This document shows positions 9,777 through 17,827 of a DNA stretch of 64,000 nucleotides, in pieces (positions within the stretch are counted from its first letter, which is position 1; every line of letters begins with the position of its first letter). This DNA is from an uncultured Verrucomicrobiota bacterium (GTDB lineage Bacteria > Verrucomicrobiota > Kiritimatiellia > RFP12 > UBA1067): NCBI GenBank assembly GCA_946623785.1, contig CAMORM010000001.1, positions 1,397 through 65,396 on the forward strand, read 5' to 3'. The translations under genes and the position numbers were made by a program. The notes beneath the pieces were generated by a model that searched no databases, was not told the DNA's origin, and saw only the letters and a program-made list of their open reading frames with translations.

Positions 9777-10457
9777 ATGAACGCGGAACAGGCTAGAATA
9801 GCGAGTATCATCGCCAAGGCGGTCGCGAAGTACATTCGCGACGATCAAGCTGCGGACTATCCGCTTCCGGCTCCGGTGACGGTCATCGTCAAGAGCAGGC
9901 GCGTCGCGACGTTCGTCAAGGGTCCGTATACGACGAAGGACGGGTCGCTGTCCGTCACGCCGCTTGGTGATAACAAGGTCGAGCTGACGGCTCACGCATT
10001 CCCGCGCTCCGGGCTCTGGAACGGACCGGATGCGATTCCGAACGATACCCTGCGTTCGATGCTCGCCAGCCTCTACCACGATCTTATTTGGGTCCATTCC
10101 TCCGAACTGTGCGAGGCGTGGAAGTGCTATCAGGTCGACCTCCTTCGCTGGGGTGGCGACGTGCTCTACCTCGTCTGGGTCTGGGCCAGCAAGGACTCGT
10201 GGTGGGGCCGTCGCGAGGCGTGGCTTGCGTTCCAGACAACGAACTTCGCTGCCCCTGTCTACCATAAGATCAAGAAGGCGGTGGCGAAGGCGACGTGCAT
10301 CGCCGTCCTGCTCGGGCTTTGCGCCGGATGCTCCGGCTGCTTCTCCGTGCCGGACGGCGAGGTGGAGAGTGTTAATGGCGCGGAGGTGGTGGAGCAGGTG
10401 ATGAAGGACTACGGAGACGGCCTCGGGCCGGGACCGGACGAAAAGGAGGCCCGCTGA
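9777..10457 (+). CDS. hypothetical protein with C-terminal hydrophobic/Cys segment (226 aa)
   Basis: ATG at 9777 (TTG at 9774 possible); CIAVLLGLCAGCSGC near the C-terminus. Confidence 0.4.
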   Translation: MNAEQARIASIIAKAVAKYIRDDQAADYPLPAPVTVIVKSRRVATFVKGPYTTKDGSLSVTPLGDNKVELTAHAFPRSGLWNGPDAIPNDTLRSMLASLYHDLIWVHSSELCEAWKCYQVDLLRWGGDVLYLVWVWASKDSWWGRREAWLAFQTTNFAAPVYHKIKKAVAKATCIAVLLGLCAGCSGCFSVPDGEVESVNGAEVVEQVMKDYGDGLGPGPDEKEAR

Positions 10458-10870
10458 TGGCCGTGACACCGCAGAACGAGACGCGGGCGAGGATCTCGAT
10501 CCGCGAGATCGAGGAGAGCGAACTCGACTCCGAATCAAAGAACGATCTGGTCGAGATGATCGACGAGGCGAAGATCTCGACGAACGGTCTCACGCCGGAG
10601 GAGAAGCTCCAAGCCGTGTCCGAGAACCAGTTCAGGATGGTTCGATGCCTCGCTCGGAGCATTGTATCGGCGGCGAAGCCGAAGGTCCGTACATGGAAGG
10701 ACGTGATCGTTGAGTGCAAGGCCTGGCTCTTTCCGAGCCTCTGCATCGGTCTCGCGATCATCGCCTCGGCATTTGTATTGAAACCGGAGCTGGCGCAGAT
10801 CGCCGCGTCTGTCCACGCGAATCGGTTGGCGACGCAGACGGCGGCTCCGTTCGGAGATCCACTGAAATGA
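10457..10870 (+). CDS. hypothetical protein with C-terminal transmembrane helix (137 aa)
   Basis: ATG overlaps the previous stop; WLFPSLCIGLAIIASAFVL hydrophobic segment. Confidence 0.4.
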   Translation: MAVTPQNETRARISIREIEESELDSESKNDLVEMIDEAKISTNGLTPEEKLQAVSENQFRMVRCLARSIVSAAKPKVRTWKDVIVECKAWLFPSLCIGLAIIASAFVLKPELAQIAASVHANRLATQTAAPFGDPLK

Positions 10871-11511
10871 CGACAATCACCCTATCGCTCGACAAGGACA
10901 CCAAGAGGTTCGAGCTGGACGACGGTCCGACGCACGTCCATGCAGGAGAGACGGTCGAGCTTGTGCTGAAGGGCCTCGGCATCACGGCGGAGACCGCGAA
11001 CGGCACGAATATCCCGGAGGGGGAGACGGTCGACCCGCCGGACTCAGATCTTGCCTCCGCCTATCCGTATCTCCGCATCCGTCTGCTTCATCCGGTCTTC
11101 GGCGACCTCGCGATGTACCCGTGGCCGGAGAGTCCGGCGCAATGGGAGGACACCACCGATGGCGGACTCAAGTGCCAGATTGACCTCGACACGGAGCAGC
11201 TCTTCCGTGTTGTGCGCTCGAACCACGGAGACGAACTCTCGCTTTTCGTGGAGACGCCGTGGCCCGAGTCCGTGCCGACGGTGTACGGAACCTACGGGCT
11301 CCCGGTGCAGGACTGGCCCGAGGCGACCGGGGAGATTCGCGTGTTCCCGGCGACGGGACGGTACGCCAACGCGCTTGCCGGAATCCTGTCGCTGAACGCG
11401 CTTGAAAGGGGCGCGTCGCTCAACGACACGATGGACCATGTCAACGCCATTCTCGCTGCGCTGAAGAAGCTGGCGAAGCGCGATGGCAGCAATAGCGAGC
11501 CCGAAGAATAG
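10867..11511 (+). CDS. hypothetical protein (214 aa)
   Basis: ATG overlaps the previous stop (ATGA); codon bias. Confidence 0.4.
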   Translation: MTTITLSLDKDTKRFELDDGPTHVHAGETVELVLKGLGITAETANGTNIPEGETVDPPDSDLASAYPYLRIRLLHPVFGDLAMYPWPESPAQWEDTTDGGLKCQIDLDTEQLFRVVRSNHGDELSLFVETPWPESVPTVYGTYGLPVQDWPEATGEIRVFPATGRYANALAGILSLNALERGASLNDTMDHVNAILAALKKLAKRDGSNSEPEE

Positions 11512-11522
11512 GAGGCCGAAGA

Positions 11523-12782
11523 ATGAGCGATAGCGTCACCACATACGGAAGCGGAACTCTAGGTGAACTTCCCGGGAATGTACGCATTTACACGGCAGAG
11601 GAAACGGACTCCGTAGTTGAGACCGCCGTTTCGGCTTCGGTCGATGGACTCAGCGGAGAAATCACGTCAAGGCTGGACGAGTTGAGCGGAACAATCGCAG
11701 ACATGTCAGGGTCTGCTGTTGCCGAAGATACACTGAACCAGTTGATCAAGATCGGCGAAGACCCATCCTGCGGAAGCAGGAACGCGCTCCTTCTTGCGAG
11801 CGGTGGACCGGAGTGCGGATTCGGATACGAAACGCCTTCCGTCATCAAGGCTAGGATATATGACGATGATAATAACGTCATATGGGACACAGTTCTGACG
11901 GATAGCATGTTCGAAGTCAACGGAACGTCTGGTCGTTCCGGCATTCTTTCAGCGATGAGCGGGATTGCAGACGTTCAATATGCAATCAGCGATGCGTACG
12001 GCAGCTACGGCGGTGCAACGATATTGTCTGGAATTCGCAATGCGACGCTCGCAGGACTTCTAGCGACGAATATCGGTATTAGCGGCCGAGGCGATACCGA
12101 CGCAACAGACTCGACAACGGTTGGGGGCGCTCTCAAGCGAATTCTTGATTATTTTGTAGGAGACGAACAGCATGCCGAAACAGCATGGGATTCTCTTTCA
12201 AAACTTGCCCAGGGGCTTTATGTGCCACATTCTGTCACGGCCGATGAGGTGACAGACATCATCAGCGGTTATCTTGAAGATAATCTTTGTCGACTTGTAA
12301 GCGGCTGCCTCTCCGGCTACACGGCGAGTCTCGATGCGCTTACGAACGCCGTGTCTGGCCTAAACGACCAAGTCGGAGTCCTACAGAGCGGCATCGAGAA
12401 CATGGTCTCCGGTCTTGCCGACACCATCGTCCAGTCGCTCACCACGGCGGAGGAGGAGGCTGATTCTCCGGAGGAGCAGCAGCGGGTCGCCGCGGCGAAG
12501 GCGGCGTTCGCAGACCCCGTGAAGCGGGACGAGACGATCGATGCCGCGAAGAAGAGCGTCGGCAACAGCATCAATGAAGACATCACGCCTGCTGTCGACA
12601 ACGTTGCCGATAAGCTCGATGCGCCGAACACCGACGAGGATGTCGCCGGTGCCGCGTCCAATGTGGACGATGGAGGCCCGACCGCCGTGGAGGCGCAGGA
12701 CACGTCCGACAACATCACGAAGCCGAACGGAGTGTCCGACGGGCTCGACCAACTCGCGACAGAACTGATTGGAGAGATCTGA
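11523..12782 (+). CDS. putative tail fibre/needle-like protein (419 aa) with AT-rich (about 50% GC) N-terminal two thirds
   Basis: Ser/Gly/Thr/Asp-rich; GC drops sharply over about 11560-12400; position in the tail block; function is a guess. Confidence 0.35.
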   Translation: MSDSVTTYGSGTLGELPGNVRIYTAEETDSVVETAVSASVDGLSGEITSRLDELSGTIADMSGSAVAEDTLNQLIKIGEDPSCGSRNALLLASGGPECGFGYETPSVIKARIYDDDNNVIWDTVLTDSMFEVNGTSGRSGILSAMSGIADVQYAISDAYGSYGGATILSGIRNATLAGLLATNIGISGRGDTDATDSTTVGGALKRILDYFVGDEQHAETAWDSLSKLAQGLYVPHSVTADEVTDIISGYLEDNLCRLVSGCLSGYTASLDALTNAVSGLNDQVGVLQSGIENMVSGLADTIVQSLTTAEEEADSPEEQQRVAAAKAAFADPVKRDETIDAAKKSVGNSINEDITPAVDNVADKLDAPNTDEDVAGAASNVDDGGPTAVEAQDTSDNITKPNGVSDGLDQLATELIGEI

Positions 12783-13003
12783 TGATGACGCCACCGCCCC
12801 CGTTTCCGTTTCATCCAGGCTTCGCGCCGATGCCGCCTCGCCCGTGCCCTCCGCCTCCTCCGCGCCACCCCGACCTCTGGGGAGACGCGGACGGCTACAC
12901 GCGGAAGGAGATCGACGAGGAGGACGCGAGGACTCTTGCAGAGGCGAAGAAGTACACTGACGAGAAGATCGCGGAGCTTCGCGAGGAACTTGGGCTTACA
13001 TAG
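12782..13003 (+). CDS. small Pro-rich protein (73 aa)
   Basis: ATGA overlap with the upstream gene; C-terminal helical part is basic. Confidence 0.3.
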   Translation: MMTPPPPFPFHPGFAPMPPRPCPPPPPRHPDLWGDADGYTRKEIDEEDARTLAEAKKYTDEKIAELREELGLT

Positions 13004-13169
13004 CATGCCGAGAACGCCACTACAGCCGCACTACAAGAACGCGAGGGCGGGAAAGCAGATTCTCCTGCCCCCGCCCCCTCCGCGCATCTATCCGCTTCCG
13101 ATTCCGGTGCGGTGCCCGAGCGCGCCTCCTGTCGCCGTCGCCCGCCAGCCGCTTACGGCGAAGACGGGA

Positions 13170-13340
13170 ATGACGCGCACCGAGCTGACGGAGCGCTTCG
13201 CGCAGATGCGCGCGGAGATGGCGGAGAGGTTCGCGGGGCTGCGGCGCATCACGGACCCGCTCCCGACCACCATCTACAAGATCCGCGACCGGCAGGACAA
13301 GGTTGTGGACAACATCAACCAGCTTGCACAGAACCAATAG
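13170..13340 (+). CDS. small protein (56 aa)
   Basis: only the 3' portion of track ORF 12936-13340 shows strong GC3 bias; ATG at 13170. Confidence 0.3.
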   Translation: MTRTELTERFAQMRAEMAERFAGLRRITDPLPTTIYKIRDRQDKVVDNINQLAQNQ

Positions 13341-13355
13341 CAAGGAGAAAAGAAA

Positions 13356-14732
13356 ATGGCTACCACTACGACCACAGCGGGCATGGCCCTTGGCAACATC
13401 CCCCTCAGCACCCTGATGGTGGACAAGGATGCCGTCGTCGACATCGTGTCCGGCGAGGCGGAGGAGATTCTGTCCGGCGTCCAGGAGATCGTGGACACCG
13501 CCGTCAGCACGGCGTGGAAGGCGGGCGGCAGCGCGGCTCCGGCCGACCTCACCTCGTCCCTGCTCGTCAAGGCGAACGAGGGCAAGGTGTACAACATGTC
13601 GGCGTCCGGCACCACCGACTCCAACTTCATGGAGGGGGCTGGCAAGCCGTACACCGCCGGAACGGACATCGCCGTCATCAACACCGGAACCGCCGCCTCG
13701 CCCGTCTACAAGTTCAACGTGCTTGCTACGCAGGATTCCTCCGTGGTGAAGTCCGTGAACGGAATCACTCCGACGAACGGCGCGGTGACGATCCCGAACG
13801 CGGGCGCGTCCACGAACGGCCTCATGACGAGCGGTGACTACACGAAGCTGTCCGGCATCGCCTCCGGCGCGGAGGCCAACCAGAACGCCTTCGCGAAGAT
13901 TGCCGTTTCCGGCGTGGCAGGAACCGGCGACGCGGCGTCCAAGACGGACACCCTCACCCTCGTCCCCGGCGACAACGTGACGATGAGCCGGAGCGGGAAG
14001 TCGGTGACGATCAATGCGACCGTTCCGTCGGGCGTCGTGACTGGAGTCGCCACTGACAGCGGAACGGCCTCGGCAGATTCAAGCGGACACGTCGATATCC
14101 ACGGAAACAACGGCGTTTCCGTTGTCGTGTCTGGAAGCAGCGTTATCTTTGTCGATGGCTCTTCGATTTCCGGCGTCGCATCCGGTGCGGCATCCGGTGT
14201 GACTGCGCTCTCCGGCGTCGTGTCCGGCCTAAAGAACTTCTCCAAGGTCACGGTCGTGAATTCCGGCGGGACCGCCGTGACGAACGGAACTCTGACGCCC
14301 GCATCAAACGCGGACGATACGCTCAAACTTCAAGCCGGAAGCAACGTGACCCTTTCCGTCACGTCCGGCACAAAGACGGTCAAGATCGACGCGTCCGTCC
14401 CCGTGAAGGACGGAAAAATCAGCGGAGGCTCGTCCCTGCTGTCCGGCACGACCATCGTGATTCCGCAGGCTGGTAGCGGAGCGGGCCGCCTAGGCGTTGT
14501 CGCGCTGGATGACTATCCTGAAGAAAATAATACTATCGCTTCTGGAATCGCCGTTGCCGCAACTCCAGCCGCCGTTGCCACTCGCGTTAGCAAGTCGGTT
14601 CTTGATACGAACGTGACCAAGGTTTCCGCCGACACGCAGACGCCGGCTTCGTATGACACCGGGGATACTCTCCCAAACACGATCTACGGCCTCATTCGCG
14701 CGATCAAGATCACGAACGACACGGCAAACTAA
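13356..14732 (+). CDS. Ser/Thr/Gly-rich fibre or tail protein with tandem beta repeats (458 aa)
   Basis: repeated units GDNVTMSRSGKSVTINATVP and GSNVTLSVTSGTKTVKIDASVP plus SGVASGAASGV runs; AAGGAGAAAAGAAA ribosome-binding site. Confidence 0.45.
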   Translation: MATTTTTAGMALGNIPLSTLMVDKDAVVDIVSGEAEEILSGVQEIVDTAVSTAWKAGGSAAPADLTSSLLVKANEGKVYNMSASGTTDSNFMEGAGKPYTAGTDIAVINTGTAASPVYKFNVLATQDSSVVKSVNGITPTNGAVTIPNAGASTNGLMTSGDYTKLSGIASGAEANQNAFAKIAVSGVAGTGDAASKTDTLTLVPGDNVTMSRSGKSVTINATVPSGVVTGVATDSGTASADSSGHVDIHGNNGVSVVVSGSSVIFVDGSSISGVASGAASGVTALSGVVSGLKNFSKVTVVNSGGTAVTNGTLTPASNADDTLKLQAGSNVTLSVTSGTKTVKIDASVPVKDGKISGGSSLLSGTTIVIPQAGSGAGRLGVVALDDYPEENNTIASGIAVAATPAAVATRVSKSVLDTNVTKVSADTQTPASYDTGDTLPNTIYGLIRAIKITNDTAN

Positions 14733-14753
14733 CCACACACAACCACGCACACA

Positions 14754-15632
14754 ATGGCCCAGAAGAAACCAACTCAGCCCGAAACCGCCGCCTCGCCCCG
14801 TCCGCAGGAGCAGGAGGCTCCCGCCGTCCCGCCCGCTGCTCCCGCCACCGGACCCGTCCACGTCGCGTGGTGCATCGACGTGCAGGGGCAGGGCGCGGCG
14901 CAGTTCTGCGACCAGCTCTATGTCTCCGTCAAGTCCGTCCGGGACACGAAGCGGCCCGAGGACGAGGTGGTGGCACACGTCTGCTACGCGCACGTCTCGG
15001 TCGAACTCATGGAGCGGCTGCACGCGCTGGACGCGGACGGATTCAAGGTCGTGACGCGGCACATCACGGACCAGGATCTCGCGTACTGGCAGCAGTTCAC
15101 AAAGCACGACCCTCGCTCCGCGGCCCGTCCGTGGGGCGGCATCGTGTTCGCGCGCATCTGGCTGCCTCTGCTCCTGCCGAACGTGGACCGGTGCGTCTAT
15201 CTCGACGCCGACACGATGTGCCGCGCGCCGATTGCCGAACTTGCCGCGACGAACCTCGACGGCAAGTGGCTCGGCATGAACCTCGGCTCCGTGCCGGAGT
15301 ACGGGTACAACAGCGGCGTGATGGTGATGGACCTCAAGGCAATGCGCGAGGACAATACACTCTACCAGCGCCTGGGGGAGTTCATGGCGCAATACACGCG
15401 CTCGTTCCACTGCCCGGACCAGACCACGATCAATAGGTTCTTCGCCGACAGGATCGCGGACATTCCGCGCGAGTGGAACTACCCGCCGACACCGGGGGCT
15501 GCCGACCCGGAGATGATGAAGGCGAGGCTCTGGCACTTCTACAACGGCCATCAGAAGCCGTACCGGATCGCAGCGGACGACTTCGGGCGCGCGCTCGTTC
15601 TCTGGAACAATCTGCTTGCGGAGGAGAAGTGA
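14754..15632 (+). CDS. glycosyltransferase, family 8-like (292 aa)
   Basis: VYLDADTMC DxD motif and NSGVMVMDLKAMRE, as in LPS 1,3-galactosyltransferase-like enzymes; embedded in the tail gene block. Confidence 0.55.
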   Translation: MAQKKPTQPETAASPRPQEQEAPAVPPAAPATGPVHVAWCIDVQGQGAAQFCDQLYVSVKSVRDTKRPEDEVVAHVCYAHVSVELMERLHALDADGFKVVTRHITDQDLAYWQQFTKHDPRSAARPWGGIVFARIWLPLLLPNVDRCVYLDADTMCRAPIAELAATNLDGKWLGMNLGSVPEYGYNSGVMVMDLKAMREDNTLYQRLGEFMAQYTRSFHCPDQTTINRFFADRIADIPREWNYPPTPGAADPEMMKARLWHFYNGHQKPYRIAADDFGRALVLWNNLLAEEK

Positions 15633-15844
15633 TGGACGGATACGACTTCAAAGAGGCGGGCGCCGTGCGGCTGGACGCCATCGTGCTGACGCGCGAGGGC
15701 GACAAGCGGTTCGGCGAGTGCAGAATCCAGAAGGACGAACTTCGCTGCCGCAACTCGCACGGCGAGGAGTTCTGGGTGAGCACGGGGTGCGTGCTCGTCG
15801 TCCCGCATTTCGCCATCGCGGTCAGGGTGAAGGAGGGCAAGTAA
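15632..15844 (+). CDS. small protein (70 aa)
   Basis: GGAGGAGAAG ribosome-binding site; ATG overlaps the glycosyltransferase stop. Confidence 0.4.
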   Translation: MDGYDFKEAGAVRLDAIVLTREGDKRFGECRIQKDELRCRNSHGEEFWVSTGCVLVVPHFAIAVRVKEGK

Positions 15845-16981
15845 ATGCCTAGCGCACTTGGCAACATTCCTCTTGACGAGCGCGTCCTGACCGAGGCGGA
15901 TGTCCTCCACTACGACAGTCAGGTGGAGTACTTGGAGAGTGACGGAACACCATACATCAATACTGGCTACCTCCTTACGGACAACACTGAAATAGAGGTC
16001 AGAGCCGCTCTTACGCAGTCAGTCCAGAACGCTCCGGCGTTCTTCGGGTCTAGAGTTGACCGCAACGGCACAAACGGCGTTGTGTCGTGGTGGGACTCCG
16101 ACGAGTTCTGGTGCTACGCTCCGGGAAATGGAAATTCTTCTGAAACCAAGGTCTCGATGAGTTTCCCTGTCGGTACACAGTTTATTTTCAAGTACGCTGG
16201 CGACGGCATCTATGTCAATGGTATAAAGAAGACAACATACAGGACTAAGACTCCGTTGACCAACCAACTACCTCTATGGATTTTTGCAATTAACAACGGG
16301 GGAGTACATTACAACCCAAGAGTACCATGCCGTATCTATAATTTTAGAATCTACGAGTCCGGCGTCCTCGTCCGTGACTTCATACCTGTCCGCAAGAACG
16401 GCGTGGGCTACCTGTACGACAAGGTGTCAGGCCAACTCTTCGGCAACGCCGGGACAGGTGCATTCCAGTACGGCGAGGATGTTCAGGCTGATGTGTTGAT
16501 ACCACGATTGGCGAATGCCGTCGCGGTCAACACGGCGATAAGTACGATCAATTCCAATCTTAATGGCATCGACGAGTGGCTGGCTTCCGGATGGAAGGAA
16601 ACGGCGCAATTGTCGGTCGGATCGATTGCGTCTGGATGGTCGTTCTCTCCGGACGGCAGCACCTGGAACAACAAGGTGCGGTTTTTCCACTGGGGACAGC
16701 TTGGATACATCATGGGGGCCTTGCGAAAATCGTCCGCGCTCGCCGCAAACACAAATTCAACTAGTGTAGGAATAATCACATGGCCATCCGGATACACGTT
16801 GATTGGTGCTGGAGGTGGTCTTGGTGATCAGCGCATGAACATTGTGATTAATGGTGGCGGTAGCATCACCATGCTAAATATTTCGGCTGTTTCCGCCAAT
16901 GACGCACTAACGATTCGAGCTTTTGTTCCTCTTGGGACCATCGGCGGCAGCTGGACTAGAACCGAGGTTGAGACAATCTAG
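15845..16981 (+). CDS. putative receptor-binding tail fibre protein (378 aa) with an AT-rich central patch
   Basis: TAAATG overlap; Asn/Gly/Ser-rich beta-type sequence; region about 16100-16400 is far more AT-rich than its surroundings. Confidence 0.4.
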   Translation: MPSALGNIPLDERVLTEADVLHYDSQVEYLESDGTPYINTGYLLTDNTEIEVRAALTQSVQNAPAFFGSRVDRNGTNGVVSWWDSDEFWCYAPGNGNSSETKVSMSFPVGTQFIFKYAGDGIYVNGIKKTTYRTKTPLTNQLPLWIFAINNGGVHYNPRVPCRIYNFRIYESGVLVRDFIPVRKNGVGYLYDKVSGQLFGNAGTGAFQYGEDVQADVLIPRLANAVAVNTAISTINSNLNGIDEWLASGWKETAQLSVGSIASGWSFSPDGSTWNNKVRFFHWGQLGYIMGALRKSSALAANTNSTSVGIITWPSGYTLIGAGGGLGDQRMNIVINGGGSITMLNISAVSANDALTIRAFVPLGTIGGSWTRTEVETI

Positions 16982-16990
16982 GAGCCAGAA

Positions 16991-17473
16991 ATGAGATACG
17001 GAAAGTTTATCGACGGGAACACGACAGACGCTACGGACGTTATTGCGACCTCGGACGGAGTTGAGTTCACTGACTCCGTTCTCCGCGAGGCTGGGTTCTA
17101 TCCGATTGTTGAGGTGGATGAAATCGACGCTCCTAGCCGTGAGTTCCGCTACACTCTGGTCGACGATGAGCACGGCGGGCACATCGAGCAGCGCACGGTC
17201 ATTCCGCCGCCGCCGCCACGCGTGTTCTCCAAGCTCAAGCTCAAGGGTGCCATCGCCACGGCGGGTCTGCTCCCCGCGTTCAAGGAACTGCTCGCTGGAA
17301 TGGAGGTCGCGCCTGGCTACACGGCGCAGGAGGCGTTCGACGATGCCGTGAATCTCTCCGAGGCGCATCCGCGCTTCGTAGAGGCGGTGGACATCGCCAA
17401 GCAGGTCCTCGCGGTCACCGACGAGCAGGTGGAGGAGATCCTCGCCGCGAGCGTAGCGGAGGGTTCTACATGA
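16991..17473 (+). CDS. hypothetical protein (160 aa)
   Basis: AGGAGCCAGAA then ATG; acidic. Confidence 0.4.
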   Translation: MRYGKFIDGNTTDATDVIATSDGVEFTDSVLREAGFYPIVEVDEIDAPSREFRYTLVDDEHGGHIEQRTVIPPPPPRVFSKLKLKGAIATAGLLPAFKELLAGMEVAPGYTAQEAFDDAVNLSEAHPRFVEAVDIAKQVLAVTDEQVEEILAASVAEGST

Positions 17474-17483
17474 GACGGTTTAC

Positions 17484-17580
17484 GGGGCCGCGTCGTCGTC
17501 CGCGTTCGGAGAAGGGCGCGTCGGCAACGACGAAGAAAGGTACGCGGTAAGTCGGGTTCGGCGGCGCGGCCCCCTTTCTT
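17484..17580 (+). terminator. large GC-rich stem-loop (GGGGCCGCG...CGCGGCCCC) with a nested hairpin and a C/U-rich tail; candidate terminator or structured RNA
   Basis: 9-bp outer stem encloses about 70 nt that contain a CGTCGTCG/CGACGA inner stem; sits right after the stop at 17473. Confidence 0.3.
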
Positions 17581-17644
17581 CCCCGCCACGGAGTAGTGGA
17601 CAGGGGCAGACGAAGAAACAAGCAACAAGACAAAGGCAACAAAG

Positions 17645-17803
17645 ATGGATGGCCAGGACAAGATTCAGCCGATGAAGTTCGGCGGAAACGGGATGGGCTC
17701 GGAGCGCGGCGCGGGTGCGTCGTCTCGACAGACCACCGGTAACCGGGAGCGGCGCGAGAAGATGCGGATCTACCGCGAGAAGCACCGCGAGGCAAACTCC
17801 TAG
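17645..17803 (+). CDS. small basic ORF (52 aa) not present in the supplied track
   Basis: ATG to TAG in the 355-nt gap; moderate GC3 bias; no clear ribosome-binding site. Confidence 0.25.
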   Translation: MDGQDKIQPMKFGGNGMGSERGAGASSRQTTGNRERREKMRIYREKHREANS

Positions 17804-17827
17804 ACCCAGCAGCAGGAGAGACAAGCC

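Noticed and set aside
12936-13340. 134-aa ORF in the gap before the fibre gene
   Set aside because: The N-terminal two thirds is Arg/Pro-rich with poor codon bias. Only the last 56 codons (13170-13340) look coding
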